In this document: positions 1 to 10,729 of the stretch, piece after piece
How positions within the stretch are numbered: position 1 is the first letter of the stretch
How the letters are laid out: each line of letters opens with the position of its first letter
NCBI GenBank assembly: GCA_963749655.1
Contig: CAVVOB010000014.1
Location: 96,001-160,000 of the forward strand
Length of the DNA: 64,000 nt
Origin: Nitrospirota bacterium
GTDB taxonomy: Bacteria > Nitrospirota > UBA9217
Direction of reading: 5' to 3'
Made by a program: the position numbers and the translations under genes
The notes under the pieces: model-generated
The model's database searches: none
Told to the model about the DNA's origin: nothing
The model's input: the letters and a program-made list of their open reading frames with translations, nothing else

Positions 1-298
1 CGCTTATCCGAGTATATTACCGCGACCAGCATTGGGCCAGAGGAGAGGCTATTTCCGATTTGCTATTCAACTGTACGAGCGTTAATAAAAAAAACTTTCG
101 GACAAATTCCGAATAAACATTTCCCCTCACGACTTCAGGCGCCATTCAGCAACATATGCCAGCCGCAATGGGTGCCATTGGAAATCGTCTCGAAAGTACT
201 TTTGAGACATAACGATCTAAAAACAACCCAAGTTTATTCTGGGCAAGATCACTGATTCTGAAGCAATCCGCTGGCTTGATATATTGCACGGGAAATAG
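1..298 (+). pseudogene. 3' part of tyrosine recombinase/site-specific integrase (frameshifted, truncated by window edge)
   Basis: Reading across ~3 single-base shifts gives RLSEYI...RLFPICYSTVR...ISPHDFRRHSATYASRNG-VPLEIVSKVLLRHNDLKTTQVY-LGKITDSEAIRWLDILHGK*, containing the HxxR, RH and catalytic Y motifs; TAG at 296-298. Confidence 0.8.
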
Positions 299-439
299 AT
301 TGATGGAGGACAGAACAACGCCTCTGGGTTTATTATGCCTTTTTATCATCGTTAAGAATATTTCGCACTCTCGTATTAGATTCGCAATAGCAAATATTGT
401 GCAAAATAGTGTGATTTTTTTCTTTAAAGTATGATTTTA

Positions 440-495
440 TACCCCAAAAATACCCCGCCTAGGCCATTGACAGGAATTCCATATTACTATATTAA
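440..495 (+). promoter_or_regulatory. TACCC-box promoter A (upstream of giant protein operon)
   Basis: TACCCCAAAAATACCCC (440-456), 10 nt, TTGACA (467-472), AT-rich -10 region (TATATT/TATTAA 488-495). Confidence 0.7.
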
Positions 496-667
496 TGCTT
501 CATCGTAACGCGACATGTCTGAACTGACCCCCTCCGTTTGGACAGTCGTATGCCCTAATCTCTCTGAGTCCAATTATCCTAGAAAAAAAGAAACAATACG
601 TGTGGACTTTTTAGGGAGCTGTATTTACGGCGGGTCAATATTATGGCTGCGCCTCAGGAGGATGAAA

Positions 668-3600
668 ATGAGTTTACGTCTATTTTCAGTCACGCGTATT
701 TTTCTTTTTTCCGTCTTTATAACCGCGGCAGCTGCCTCGCCGGCGCTCTCTTTTGATACGGTCAAAGTAGTGCAAGCAGACGGATTCTTCACATTCCTGA
801 ATGCCAGGCAAATCGTCCGGACATCCTCAGGAAGAATCTACTATTTCACTGGAAGCGGAGCTGGAACGGGTCGCAGCGGATGGATTATGGTGAATACCTC
901 GGTTGATGGCCAGACGTGGAATCTGCTTGAAAATCATTCATCATGGTATGAGCCTTCCGGCGTCGGTGTCGGCGTGGACAGTCGAAATATCATACATATG
1001 ATAGCGTTTGACGGAACCAAAATACCTTATTACCAGAAATACAACACATTGGACAGCCCCAAGGGCGACGGTTCCTGGGAACCGGTTGAACCACTGGAGA
1101 GTACTGCTGCTCTCTACGGCGCCTGGCAATGCGCTCTCGCATTGGATGCGAACGATGTCCCGCATGTCGTATATCAGTTGTCTGAAAGATACAAGGGAGA
1201 GTATAGAGGGGTCGTCTATTATGCAAACAAGGTCGGCGGAACATGGCATAAGACTGCGATTTGGCCGAAAGAGATTGGCAGCTTTGTGGACAGCGCCACC
1301 ATCGCCGTGGGGCCGGACAATATTCCTTATGTTCTCATGGGTACAAAGATCCTGAAAGGAAACGCGAACGACCCGACCGTTTTCGAATCTCAAGATCTCG
1401 GAGGCGGCAATTCTTTCGTGATCCACCAGAACGGAGATGTCAGAGTGGCATTGACGTTGAATGGTAACTATGCCAATTATCTTCACGACAACACGCAGGC
1501 GTGGACTTCAGGGTGGACAATGTCCGATTCCGGATCCCCGGACGCAGGCGGGCCGCTGATTCTGGTTGACGACGTTCCCTATGAAATAGAACTTCTCAGC
1601 GACGGCATCTGGCTGCGGAAGGAATTCGAAGCTCCTTTTCTTTTTTCAGCGAGAACAGGATATTCTAACTGGTGGAGCGTGACCACGAGATGGAGCTTCT
1701 ATAATCACTATGACCCCGGAATGATTGATATCGGAACTCTTGGTCAGGACTCCTATAACTTGGGTTATTTCTATTTGTATGCGAACAATGTCCAGGTTAC
1801 GCCTCCCGATCCCCCTCCGGTGCCGACGGTGATTGATTTCAGCGGAGCCCCCTTGAAGTGGGTTACACCGGTCTATGCTGTATTCGCGGATAAGTCGACT
1901 TTTCCGGCCGGCAGAACCGCTGTCTCTTGGGCATGGGACTTTGAAAACGATGGGACTGTGGATTCCACAGTGCAGAATCCCACGCACGTCTATACGACAC
2001 CCGGAACCTATTCCGTCAAGCTGACGGTAACCGATTCGAGTGGAGAGGTGAACTCGAAGGTGAAGGCCGACTATATCGTGGTCGAGACAGATACAGACGG
2101 TGACCGCTACGGCGATTCGCAGGACAATTGCCCGACCGTTTACAATCCCGATCAGTCTGACATGGACAACGACGGTATCGGCGACGCCTGCGATCAAAAC
2201 CAGGACCTCGTGAAACAAGCGGTTTACCGCACCGGGCTCAAGAAGGAGACTGCGAGCGAGGGTGCCGGAACCGACGTTGCCGCGATCATGATAGACGGGC
2301 TGTACACTGTCGCGAAGCGAATTCAGAAATCCACGGCAGGATACGACATACTGAGCTTCCGGTCCGATCTGGAGTCATCTCGTCTTGCCCAGTGCAAGAT
2401 AAAGCTTTATGTAAACGCCCTCTACAACAATGCTCCCCAGACGGTCCATGTTTATGCATACGCATCTGATGGTCTCGCGGTCCAGACGGGCACGGTGCTT
2501 AATTTCACTCTTTCCCCGGGCTGGAATACCCTAGATTTGAAGTCCCTTCTGGCGTCTATGGATGGTTTCGGCTTCATGAAATTCCGCGTTGCAGCGCCGG
2601 CGAACTGGATCGATATTTCGGAAGGGTCGATAGCGGCCGCGTATAGAGACACATGGGAAATGTCCGTTTCGCCCACGAGCATTGACTTCGGGAGCATCGA
2701 AACTGTCGGCTCCCAGGCGCGCAGGGTCATCGTGAAAAACGTCGGTACGGGGGACCTCATCGTCGGATCCTTTCCATCGCTGGCGGCGCCTTTTTACCTC
2801 AAGTCTGATGAGTGTTCGGGCATGACGCTCGGATCGGGTTTATCGTGCAAGGTATTCGTCAAGTTCGCGCCCACATCGAACGGAACGTACACGGCTTCCT
2901 TGACCGTTACTTCGAATGATGCCGATCATCCGGAGATCGGGATTTCGCTGACAGGGACGGCGGTCAGCGGATCCGGCATTACGGGCACGGTCGCGGACGC
3001 ATCCACAGGCCTCCCCCTGTCCCAGGCCGATATCACTTTCACGATGAAAAGACCGGGAAGTTCGAATCCGGATGACTACTATTACATGTATGGTAACGCG
3101 GTGTCCGCCATTGATCCGGACACTGATCTGGGGTTGTCTTTCACCGCAACGGAGGCCGGCGCTGTTCAGAAAAATGATGAGAGCAAGGTCGTCATCGATG
3201 GCTCGTTGCTGCTTAAATTCAGAAATCCCTACAACGTCTCCGACCGGGTGAAGTTGACCTGGAACGGACTGGGGGGATATCATGCCAGCGAGGTAACGGG
3301 CCAGAGCTTTGTGTCGGGCATGACGGGAACGCTCACCAAGGTAAGTATTCCTCTCCTACGTAATTTCAGCGTCGACTCCCTGACCGGTACGGTCGTCCTC
3401 TATCTCAAGTCCGCCCTAGGCGCGGAGCAGTCCGCGATCCTCGCGGCAAGCGACCCCGTCGATGTCAACGAACTGTCTGACAGCGTTCCCGCGTGGTTCG
3501 ACTTCACGTTCTCAACACCCGCACGCGTTACGAGCGGACAACCTTATTACCTGGAGTTGTACGATACAGGCAGGTACTGGGGAACGGGCAGCGCTTTTGA

Positions 3601-6600
3601 TTACGCCAAAGTCTCCTGGCCCTATGCCTATCCCAGTCCCTACCGGAACGGGCGGGGCTACATTCGAACGGACGGACTGTGGAACACGACCTACGGGTCC
3701 ATGACCGATTGGTCCTTTGCCTTCAAAACGTATGTCGATTTCCAGCTCGATCAGGATCAAGCATCGTTCTGCTGCCAGGATATGTACGTCCAGGGGGTGG
3801 AAGGGCAGGAGTATGTACTGGCAAGATTCAACCGGCCTGCGGCAGGATGGGAATGGGCTGCATGGACCAATTCGGCAAACGGTTATGATGATACGACCTT
3901 GGAAACAACGTTGAGCGGGAACATGGGGAACTATTATAACGTAGACGGGTGGATCTCTGCGCGTGTGTACAACTACCAACCTTACATCTCAGGATCGATA
4001 TATACACCGTATCTTGCAACTGATCAATTCAGCGTCGAATTCGAAGGAGACAGGACGGTCCGCACAGACGGCGCAGGAGCTTTTTCCCTGTCATCCCTGC
4101 CGAGCGGGACCTACTCGGCCGTCGTGTCTGCACCAGGCTACGCTCCGCAGACGGTAAGCGGCACCCTGGTCCCGGGCCAGACCCAGGTCCTGAGCGTGAG
4201 GCTCACTCCCAATCCGCAGCTCCTGCTCGAGATCACCTCTCCGGCCAACGGAGCCATGCTAAGCGGGACCTTCGTCCAGGTGACGGGCAGGGTGACCAAT
4301 GACGCGTCCGTTACCGTGAATGGCACAGCGGCTTCCGTGTCGAATGGATCATTTGCGGTGGTTATCTATCCCGTCGACGGACAGAATACGATCACGGTCA
4401 ATGCCCTGGATCAGTACGGCCAGACGGCAACGCAGACCCTGACCATAACGTGCAGCACCACGTCGAGGATGCTCCTGAACTACACGCTGCTCGATTTCGG
4501 CAAGATAACGAGCGGAACCACGAGCACTCGCGACATAACGGTAGAGAACAACAGTACAACCGCACTCTCCCTCGGCACGGTATCCCGGCCGGCTGATCCT
4601 TTCTGGGTCATCGCAGACACCTGCTCCGGTAAGCTCATTTCTCCGGCCGCAACCTGTACAATCAGCGTTGAGTTTGCCCCCACTTCGGATGGAACCTGGT
4701 ACGGGACCCTCACCATTCCGTCAAACGACAGCAACCAGCTTCCCGTGAGCGTAGCTCTGCAGGGGGAAGGGGCGGCTTTTAGCGGCTACTATCTGCCTGA
4801 CACGGGCGAACAGAACAATTACCACACCATGAATCCCATGGCCTTTGTCACGACTGCGGTCTCGGCATCTGACAGGAACACGGGGCTCACGTGGCAGCGG
4901 CAGGACGATGCTTCACTCAGGATCTGGACCGAGGCCCAGGGCTACTGCGACAACATGGTCCTGGATGGCTTCGACGACTGGAGGCTTCCTACTGCCCTTG
5001 AACTGACCACGATCGTTGATTACGGAAAGACGGGAACAGTCATCGATGGACAGGTCTTTCCGAATGCTCATGCTGCGGACTATTGGACCGTCATTTCCCA
5101 GACCGATACTGCCTGGGCAGTGAACTTCAGCCTGGGCACCGGGTCCGCGATCTCGTCGTCATCCAAAGCCTATACCCGCTGTGTCCGCGGCACGCGGCTG
5201 TCCCAAGGGTACTTCGAGAACTATGGCAACGGCATAAGGCAAGACAGTTATTCCGGGCTCATGTGGCTCGAGACCTACTTGACCGCGGGAGACAATTCGA
5301 TTTCAACGGCACTGAGCACCTGCGACGCCGTCACCTACGGCGAATATTCGGACTGGCGTCTTCCGAATATCAAGGAACTCATCTCCAACACCTATACGGC
5401 CTGCTATCTCAACGATTGTGCCAACTGGTCCTCAACGACGGTGCAGGCGGATACCAACAAGGGCTATACGTATAACGGCTTTGCAGGGACGGACAACAAA
5501 AGCGCTTCGCATGTTTTCCGGTGCGTGCGCGGAGGGAACGTTCGGCCCGCGGATGAACAGGCCCTTGCCCTCACCCCCGCGGTTGCCGACTTCGGGTCTA
5601 TTGAGACCGGTTCGGCTGGGTCAGTAAGTGTTACCCTGACGAACAAGGGAACAGCCTCGCTCGTCATCGGTTCGCTTTCTGCGCCAGTATCACCATTCAC
5701 GATGATGTCCGACGGATGCTCAGGTCGCATGCTCGCTGCGAACGGATTCTGTTCGTTCACGCTGGGCTTTGCTCCCACTGTAGCCGGCGTCGTTTCAGCG
5801 ACTGTTACCGTACCGTCAAACGACACAGACAATCCGTCAGAGGCCTATTCTTTGATCGGTACCGGCACTTCGCCCAATGCCGTTCTCCAGGGCACGATCA
5901 CAGACGCCCGAACGGGGGCTGCCGTGGACTCTGCGCTCCTTTCCCTGACCGACGGACATTCGACGGTCCATTCTGCAACAACATTATCAAATGGAACTTT
6001 CTCCCTGGGGAGCATTGCCGCAGGAGCATATACCGGCAGCGTATCAAAAGATGGATATGCCCAGTACACCTTCTCGGGAATTATGGCTTCCGGCCAGACA
6101 GTCGTGATGAACATGCTGTTAACGCCGCTCCCGCCGGTCATAAGCAGCGTCGTTGCGAGCAACCCGACTACTACTTCCGTTGTCATCACCTGGACCACGG
6201 ACAAGGCTGCGAACAGCACTGTGGATTACGGCACAACGACTGAATACGGAAGTACGGTGACTGATACGGCTTACGTCACGAGCCACAGTGTTGCAATATC
6301 CGGCCTGACACCGTCAACAGCCTACCACTTCAGGGTCACCTCAACCGAGCTGAGCGGCCTCACAACCACGTCGACGGACAACACCTTCTCGACCTTGAAC
6401 CCGATTTCTATTACAATACAAACACCCCAGAACAATGGCACAATATCCCGGCCCGATGTCATGGTGACGGGAACCATAACGAACAGCACCGGAAATGAGA
6501 CTGGGATCACGGTGAACGGCATGGTAGCGACAATGGAAGGAAATCAATTCATCATAAACCACGTGCCATTGACCGAGGGCGCGAATACCATATCCGTCAC

Positions 6601-7231
6601 GGCAACGGACACAGCCAGATACACAACAACTTCGTCGATTACCGTTAATGCGATCACGAGTGGGAAGTATATCACCTTGATCCCGAACATCGCCTCGGGA
6701 ACGTCGCCGCTCGATGTAACGTTCAGGATCGACGGGTCATTCACGATAACGAATTCGAATCTCTCCCTGACCGGACCCGGGCCGGTTGAGTATCTGCCGG
6801 GTGACGCAGTAGACATTTATACTGTCAAGATGACGACGGAGGGAACGTATTATTTCACTGCAGAGGTGACCGATGACAAGAATAACGTATACACAGATGC
6901 CGTTGTCATAGTCGTTCAAAACAAGGCAGCGCTGGATGCGTTGCTGCAAGCGAAATGGAACGGGATGAAGACGGCGCTGGAAGGTAGTGGCATAGAAACC
7001 GCTTCCAATTTTTTTACAGAAGGTTCAAAAGAGATCTTTAAACAAAATTTCACAGCACTCGCTCAATATCTGCCCCAGATAGTTTCAGGTATGGGAAATT
7101 TCCAGCTTGTCAAAGTAACTGAGCGTGTTGCAGAGTGTGACATGAGGTCAGTCAAAAACGGAGTGACGTATTCGTTCCAAGTGATATTTATTCAGGAACC
7201 CAACGGGAAATGGGGGATACGAAGTTTCTAA
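668..7231 (+). CDS. Giant secreted multidomain surface protein (PKD, TSP3-type Ca repeat, 3x choice-of-anchor-D/Ig, carboxypeptidase-regulatory-like, 2x DUF1566/Lcl, FN3, Ig, compact C-terminal domain)
   Basis: ORF 515-7231; AGGAGG before ATG 668 followed by a signal peptide; motifs WDFENDG..QNPTHVY (PKD), DNCPTVYNPDQSDMDNDGIGDACD (TSP3), DRNTGLTWQ..DWRLPT..EL..RCVRG (DUF1566), W..D..VDYG..GLTPSTAYHFRV (FN3). Confidence 0.85.
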   Translation: MSLRLFSVTRIFLFSVFITAAAASPALSFDTVKVVQADGFFTFLNARQIVRTSSGRIYYFTGSGAGTGRSGWIMVNTSVDGQTWNLLENHSSWYEPSGVGVGVDSRNIIHMIAFDGTKIPYYQKYNTLDSPKGDGSWEPVEPLESTAALYGAWQCALALDANDVPHVVYQLSERYKGEYRGVVYYANKVGGTWHKTAIWPKEIGSFVDSATIAVGPDNIPYVLMGTKILKGNANDPTVFESQDLGGGNSFVIHQNGDVRVALTLNGNYANYLHDNTQAWTSGWTMSDSGSPDAGGPLILVDDVPYEIELLSDGIWLRKEFEAPFLFSARTGYSNWWSVTTRWSFYNHYDPGMIDIGTLGQDSYNLGYFYLYANNVQVTPPDPPPVPTVIDFSGAPLKWVTPVYAVFADKSTFPAGRTAVSWAWDFENDGTVDSTVQNPTHVYTTPGTYSVKLTVTDSSGEVNSKVKADYIVVETDTDGDRYGDSQDNCPTVYNPDQSDMDNDGIGDACDQNQDLVKQAVYRTGLKKETASEGAGTDVAAIMIDGLYTVAKRIQKSTAGYDILSFRSDLESSRLAQCKIKLYVNALYNNAPQTVHVYAYASDGLAVQTGTVLNFTLSPGWNTLDLKSLLASMDGFGFMKFRVAAPANWIDISEGSIAAAYRDTWEMSVSPTSIDFGSIETVGSQARRVIVKNVGTGDLIVGSFPSLAAPFYLKSDECSGMTLGSGLSCKVFVKFAPTSNGTYTASLTVTSNDADHPEIGISLTGTAVSGSGITGTVADASTGLPLSQADITFTMKRPGSSNPDDYYYMYGNAVSAIDPDTDLGLSFTATEAGAVQKNDESKVVIDGSLLLKFRNPYNVSDRVKLTWNGLGGYHASEVTGQSFVSGMTGTLTKVSIPLLRNFSVDSLTGTVVLYLKSALGAEQSAILAASDPVDVNELSDSVPAWFDFTFSTPARVTSGQPYYLELYDTGRYWGTGSAFDYAKVSWPYAYPSPYRNGRGYIRTDGLWNTTYGSMTDWSFAFKTYVDFQLDQDQASFCCQDMYVQGVEGQEYVLARFNRPAAGWEWAAWTNSANGYDDTTLETTLSGNMGNYYNVDGWISARVYNYQPYISGSIYTPYLATDQFSVEFEGDRTVRTDGAGAFSLSSLPSGTYSAVVSAPGYAPQTVSGTLVPGQTQVLSVRLTPNPQLLLEITSPANGAMLSGTFVQVTGRVTNDASVTVNGTAASVSNGSFAVVIYPVDGQNTITVNALDQYGQTATQTLTITCSTTSRMLLNYTLLDFGKITSGTTSTRDITVENNSTTALSLGTVSRPADPFWVIADTCSGKLISPAATCTISVEFAPTSDGTWYGTLTIPSNDSNQLPVSVALQGEGAAFSGYYLPDTGEQNNYHTMNPMAFVTTAVSASDRNTGLTWQRQDDASLRIWTEAQGYCDNMVLDGFDDWRLPTALELTTIVDYGKTGTVIDGQVFPNAHAADYWTVISQTDTAWAVNFSLGTGSAISSSSKAYTRCVRGTRLSQGYFENYGNGIRQDSYSGLMWLETYLTAGDNSISTALSTCDAVTYGEYSDWRLPNIKELISNTYTACYLNDCANWSSTTVQADTNKGYTYNGFAGTDNKSASHVFRCVRGGNVRPADEQALALTPAVADFGSIETGSAGSVSVTLTNKGTASLVIGSLSAPVSPFTMMSDGCSGRMLAANGFCSFTLGFAPTVAGVVSATVTVPSNDTDNPSEAYSLIGTGTSPNAVLQGTITDARTGAAVDSALLSLTDGHSTVHSATTLSNGTFSLGSIAAGAYTGSVSKDGYAQYTFSGIMASGQTVVMNMLLTPLPPVISSVVASNPTTTSVVITWTTDKAANSTVDYGTTTEYGSTVTDTAYVTSHSVAISGLTPSTAYHFRVTSTELSGLTTTSTDNTFSTLNPISITIQTPQNNGTISRPDVMVTGTITNSTGNETGITVNGMVATMEGNQFIINHVPLTEGANTISVTATDTARYTTTSSITVNAITSGKYITLIPNIASGTSPLDVTFRIDGSFTITNSNLSLTGPGPVEYLPGDAVDIYTVKMTTEGTYYFTAEVTDDKNNVYTDAVVIVVQNKAALDALLQAKWNGMKTALEGSGIETASNFFTEGSKEIFKQNFTALAQYLPQIVSGMGNFQLVKVTERVAECDMRSVKNGVTYSFQVIFIQEPNGKWGIRSF

Positions 7232-7268
7232 TCGGGCGCGGAACGTCCAACATTTGGGAGAGTAATAT

Positions 7269-7805
7269 ATGACTAAATATCGAATGTTTACTGTTTTATT
7301 TTTACTTCTATTATTGTCCGGCTGCTATCTACCCATAACAGGCCGGGTAATCGACGAGGAAACCCAGCAGCCCATCGAAGGGGCTGTCGTGCTTGTGGAA
7401 TGGACCAAAACGCACGGCTTTGGAGAATACTGGACCGAGTCGTACAAGGTCGTCGAGACGTTATCCGACAACAACGGAAATATTAAGATTGCTGGTTGCA
7501 ACAGCCCTTTTGTTAATCCACCTGATGTCACGGTTTATAAGGCGGGCTATGTTGCTTGGAATAACAAGCGCATTTTCCCAACATATGATAAAAGAACCGA
7601 CTTTGAGTGGCGAAACGGTTCGGTGTTCAAACTGGAAAAATTTTTGCATAGCTACAGCTATCTTGAGCATAGGTTATTTATTGCACCGCTTCTCTCAAAT
7701 TCCGATAAAAAACCTTTATTTGAAAACCTGTATTATGAGGGTGAAGGTTCGCAGGTTTTGAAGGAGCAAAGGGTGAAAGATAAAGCTCAAGGGGGACCCA
7801 GATAA
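7269..7805 (+). CDS. Small lipoprotein with carboxypeptidase-regulatory-like (beta-sandwich) N-terminal domain; candidate immunity/accessory protein
   Basis: Lipobox LLLSGC; GRVIDEETQQPIEGAVV motif; GGGAG RBS; stop overlaps next start (TAATG). Confidence 0.8.
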   Translation: MTKYRMFTVLFLLLLLSGCYLPITGRVIDEETQQPIEGAVVLVEWTKTHGFGEYWTESYKVVETLSDNNGNIKIAGCNSPFVNPPDVTVYKAGYVAWNNKRIFPTYDKRTDFEWRNGSVFKLEKFLHSYSYLEHRLFIAPLLSNSDKKPLFENLYYEGEGSQVLKEQRVKDKAQGGPR

Positions 7806-10069
7806 TGAAAGATCACATAATAAAAATAACGACTCTTGTGATGGTATGGATTTTCATTTCTGTTCAGGCCAAGGGATACGATGAAGAAAATACTCATCCA
7901 AGAATGACGGAAAGCGCGATTCAATCTTCAAAACTAAATAATTATCTAATGCAAAACTTGGGGTTCAGTGAAGGTTATAACACTCCATTTACAAAAGTAC
8001 TTAATTCAAATAGCATTAATAAACGGATTTTGCAATGGCTAAGTGACGGTTCGAAAGAAGAGGACGCTCCTCTCGGTCGCGCATCGAATCACTTTCACAA
8101 CCCGCTTAAGCCATGGGACCAGTCTTATGTAACCGACTCAGCCTTGCAGTCTATTTACAGCACGTTGACGGGCTGGACCCCTCTGTATTCGAATATCACT
8201 TGGGCGACGGGATATAAATCGCAGACTGAGAAGGCAAACATGGATAATGCCTATAATCCATACTTGGATCCGCCAGCCCCGAACAACTGGGATAACGCAC
8301 GTATCTACTACTTCAAGGCATTGACGCGCATTTCTCCCACTGGGGCTACCGGGAGGGAGACAGCTTTTGCTCAGACTTTTCAGGCGCTCGGACAGGTTAT
8401 TCACCTGTTGGAGGACATGGCGGTGCCGGCGCACGTGAGAAATGATTTTAAGTCCCATTTAACGTTTGATCCGCGTGTATACGGCTCACTCTGGCCGTAC
8501 AACCCTTTTGAGTTTTACGTGAAGACGCACGATGACCTTATTACCGGAGTAACATCTACCAGCCCAACTTTTGCCAATCTGCACCTCACCGATTTCTGGG
8601 ATACCGAACAGTATACACCACAAATGAATCCTTCACATTTGACGAATCCAGGTCTGGCAGAATATACCAACGCCAACTTCGTAAGCGACTATACGTTCTC
8701 ATCGACGCAAGGGGCAACTGTAACGCCGGAACACTATTTTGATTTTCCAAGCGTCATTTCAAGCGTCAGCAGAACGACCGCGAATATTAACGATCCAGTT
8801 CATCCCGGCACCCATGTTCCTAGGGAATATTGGGAAAAAACTGCTGATGGAGACACCGGCTATCTGCTTGCCGGTGTCGATTATCTGAGGTTCCGGGTGG
8901 AAGTAGTAAATCCGGTTAACCCCGAAGAAACCCTTTCAAACATTATCACGATCTCTCCTATGGATGACAATGTCCATAAAGGTTATGCCGATCGTCTCCT
9001 CTCCCGCGCCGTGGGCTACTCTGCCGCACTCTTGAACTACTTCTTCCGCGGCACGCTGGAGATATCCGCCCCCAGCACCACTGTCTACTCTGTTATAGAC
9101 GGCAGTGTGGCACCCCAGCAGTTCACCAAAATCAAGGCAAAGGTGAAGAATACTACGCTGAATGAGAACATAGGCACAGGTACCCTTCAGGCCGTGGCCA
9201 GGTATAAGATCATTCCTAACTACGTCTCCGACTTATCAAACTACCCTCCGGACGGGGCTGTCATGACTGCATTGACCTATTCCTATTCCGTATCCACATC
9301 GATTCCGATAACATCACTTAGTTCAGCCGACCCCGAAGAATTCACCTTCGTTTTATCGAGCAGCCCCATCCCCGCAGGCATCACAGACCTCACCCTCCAG
9401 GTCGTGTTCAAAGGCACGCTCGGGAATGAAATTGATAATTCAATCGCAGTTGGCATGAAAGATCTACTGGAGCCGACTCATCTATCTTTTTGGAACCTGA
9501 CAGAAATGTTTTCGCTCGATTATCACCTCTATCTGGCCTCCATGATCACCTCCAGTTCGGTACTTTCAGCCAGGGTGGACTTAAACAACAACCAGATATT
9601 TGGAGAAGAAGGGGAACCATATATTTATCCTTATCCCATAACGTTCAATGTCGCCTTCTCCAACTTCCAGCCCACGGCACTGCTTCCTTCAGCAGCAACG
9701 GCAACTGTCCCGGCAGGCCGTTATATCAGACTGATAGCTCTCGTCGACGGACAGACCACGAACTATGTGCAGCTTGCGTGGGACGACATAGTGGACTCGG
9801 ACTCGTATGCCGAATCGTTTGTCGGCGGTCTGAACCAATCTGACGAGTACGGCAATTGGTTAACGCCGACACCGAGTGACCCCTTCCGATACAGTCTCGC
9901 TGCGGATGGTGTTACCCGGATCCCCATCGTTCAACATCATTATATCGGTGTTCTTAGCTGCGAACCCGCATCCGTAGATGAAGCCGGAAACAGCTATTGT
10001 TCTTATCCTGAGGAAGAGTCCGTTCCTGCGGACGTAACTCCTTATCCTGCAACAATTAATTTTCCATGA
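7805..10069 (+). CDS. Secreted Zn-dependent phospholipase C / P1-nuclease-fold protein with C-terminal beta domains
   Basis: Signal peptide then Y..xH (YDEENTH), GSKEED, NHFHNP, HLLEDMAVPAH (HxxxD-x5-H), PFE: order matches the trinuclear Zn ligands of the PLC/P1 fold. Confidence 0.7.
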   Translation: MKDHIIKITTLVMVWIFISVQAKGYDEENTHPRMTESAIQSSKLNNYLMQNLGFSEGYNTPFTKVLNSNSINKRILQWLSDGSKEEDAPLGRASNHFHNPLKPWDQSYVTDSALQSIYSTLTGWTPLYSNITWATGYKSQTEKANMDNAYNPYLDPPAPNNWDNARIYYFKALTRISPTGATGRETAFAQTFQALGQVIHLLEDMAVPAHVRNDFKSHLTFDPRVYGSLWPYNPFEFYVKTHDDLITGVTSTSPTFANLHLTDFWDTEQYTPQMNPSHLTNPGLAEYTNANFVSDYTFSSTQGATVTPEHYFDFPSVISSVSRTTANINDPVHPGTHVPREYWEKTADGDTGYLLAGVDYLRFRVEVVNPVNPEETLSNIITISPMDDNVHKGYADRLLSRAVGYSAALLNYFFRGTLEISAPSTTVYSVIDGSVAPQQFTKIKAKVKNTTLNENIGTGTLQAVARYKIIPNYVSDLSNYPPDGAVMTALTYSYSVSTSIPITSLSSADPEEFTFVLSSSPIPAGITDLTLQVVFKGTLGNEIDNSIAVGMKDLLEPTHLSFWNLTEMFSLDYHLYLASMITSSSVLSARVDLNNNQIFGEEGEPYIYPYPITFNVAFSNFQPTALLPSAATATVPAGRYIRLIALVDGQTTNYVQLAWDDIVDSDSYAESFVGGLNQSDEYGNWLTPTPSDPFRYSLAADGVTRIPIVQHHYIGVLSCEPASVDEAGNSYCSYPEEESVPADVTPYPATINFP

Positions 10070-10082
10070 CAGCAGCTGACAG

Positions 10083-10120
10083 CGAGAGCCCCATTTTCAC
10101 CTTTGGGGCTCTCGTTTTTT
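10083..10120 (+). terminator. Rho-independent terminator
   Basis: CGAGAGCCCCA/TGGGGCTCTCG perfect 11-bp stem plus T-run directly after the stop. Confidence 0.85.
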
Positions 10121-10291
10121 CGTCAGTATAAGGATCGCATGGGATCGTACATAGGAAATTAGGCATATGCGATTTACATCCTGTATTTAATGACTGTTTC
10201 ACTCAATCGAAATTATAGATTTGTAGGTGTACCTCTCATTTTCGGCCGGAAAGACGCTCTCAATCTCAAACGTTTTAAATACCCTTAACGG

Positions 10292-10480
10292 ACATGAACG
10301 GGCGCCGTCTCTGCGCTGACGATCCCCGTTTTCGTCTAAGCCCAATCCCAAAAACCTCTTCTGCCCCGTGATCTTCTGGATCGTTATGATGTCCTGGCTC
10401 ACTTCCAGCAGCTCCCACTCTTTTCTGCATGGTACCGCACCTCAAAAAAACGAATACGGATTACTCTCAACGAGCATCTG
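10292..10480 (-). repeat. Degenerate copy of the 3' end plus downstream hairpin of the DUF438 gene (13417-13610)
   Basis: 28-nt identity 10356-10383 = 13483-13510 and 20-nt identity 10389-10408 = 13516-13535, same offset 3127; remnant translates SQDIITIQKITGQKR. Confidence 0.85.
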
Positions 10481-10729
10481 ACAACAATTTCTCAGATCAC
10501 GCAGCGTTTATCCTGCCTGAAGCATTCTCAAATATTCTCTGATTCTTGCTTTGCGTTTAATATTTTACAGCTTGATCGCAATGCATGAAAGACTGTCAAA
10601 TAGTGTCGCATTTAAGCGCAACATATCGCACATTTCTGCTTTTTTTATCGGTAAGTTGGTAGGTCCTGTTTCAGACAGGCAGTTTGTTCTCAATTCTTAT
10701 ATTCATAAAACTGAATTTTGTTCAGTCCC

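Noticed and set aside
515-667. N-terminal extension of the giant ORF and similar upstream extensions of other ORFs
   Set aside because: RBS and signal peptide or family start motifs support later starts
4830-5540. DUF1566 (CLec-fold) domains as diversity-generating retroelement targets
   Set aside because: No reverse transcriptase or adenine-variant template repeat seen in the window; the domains are internal, not C-terminal
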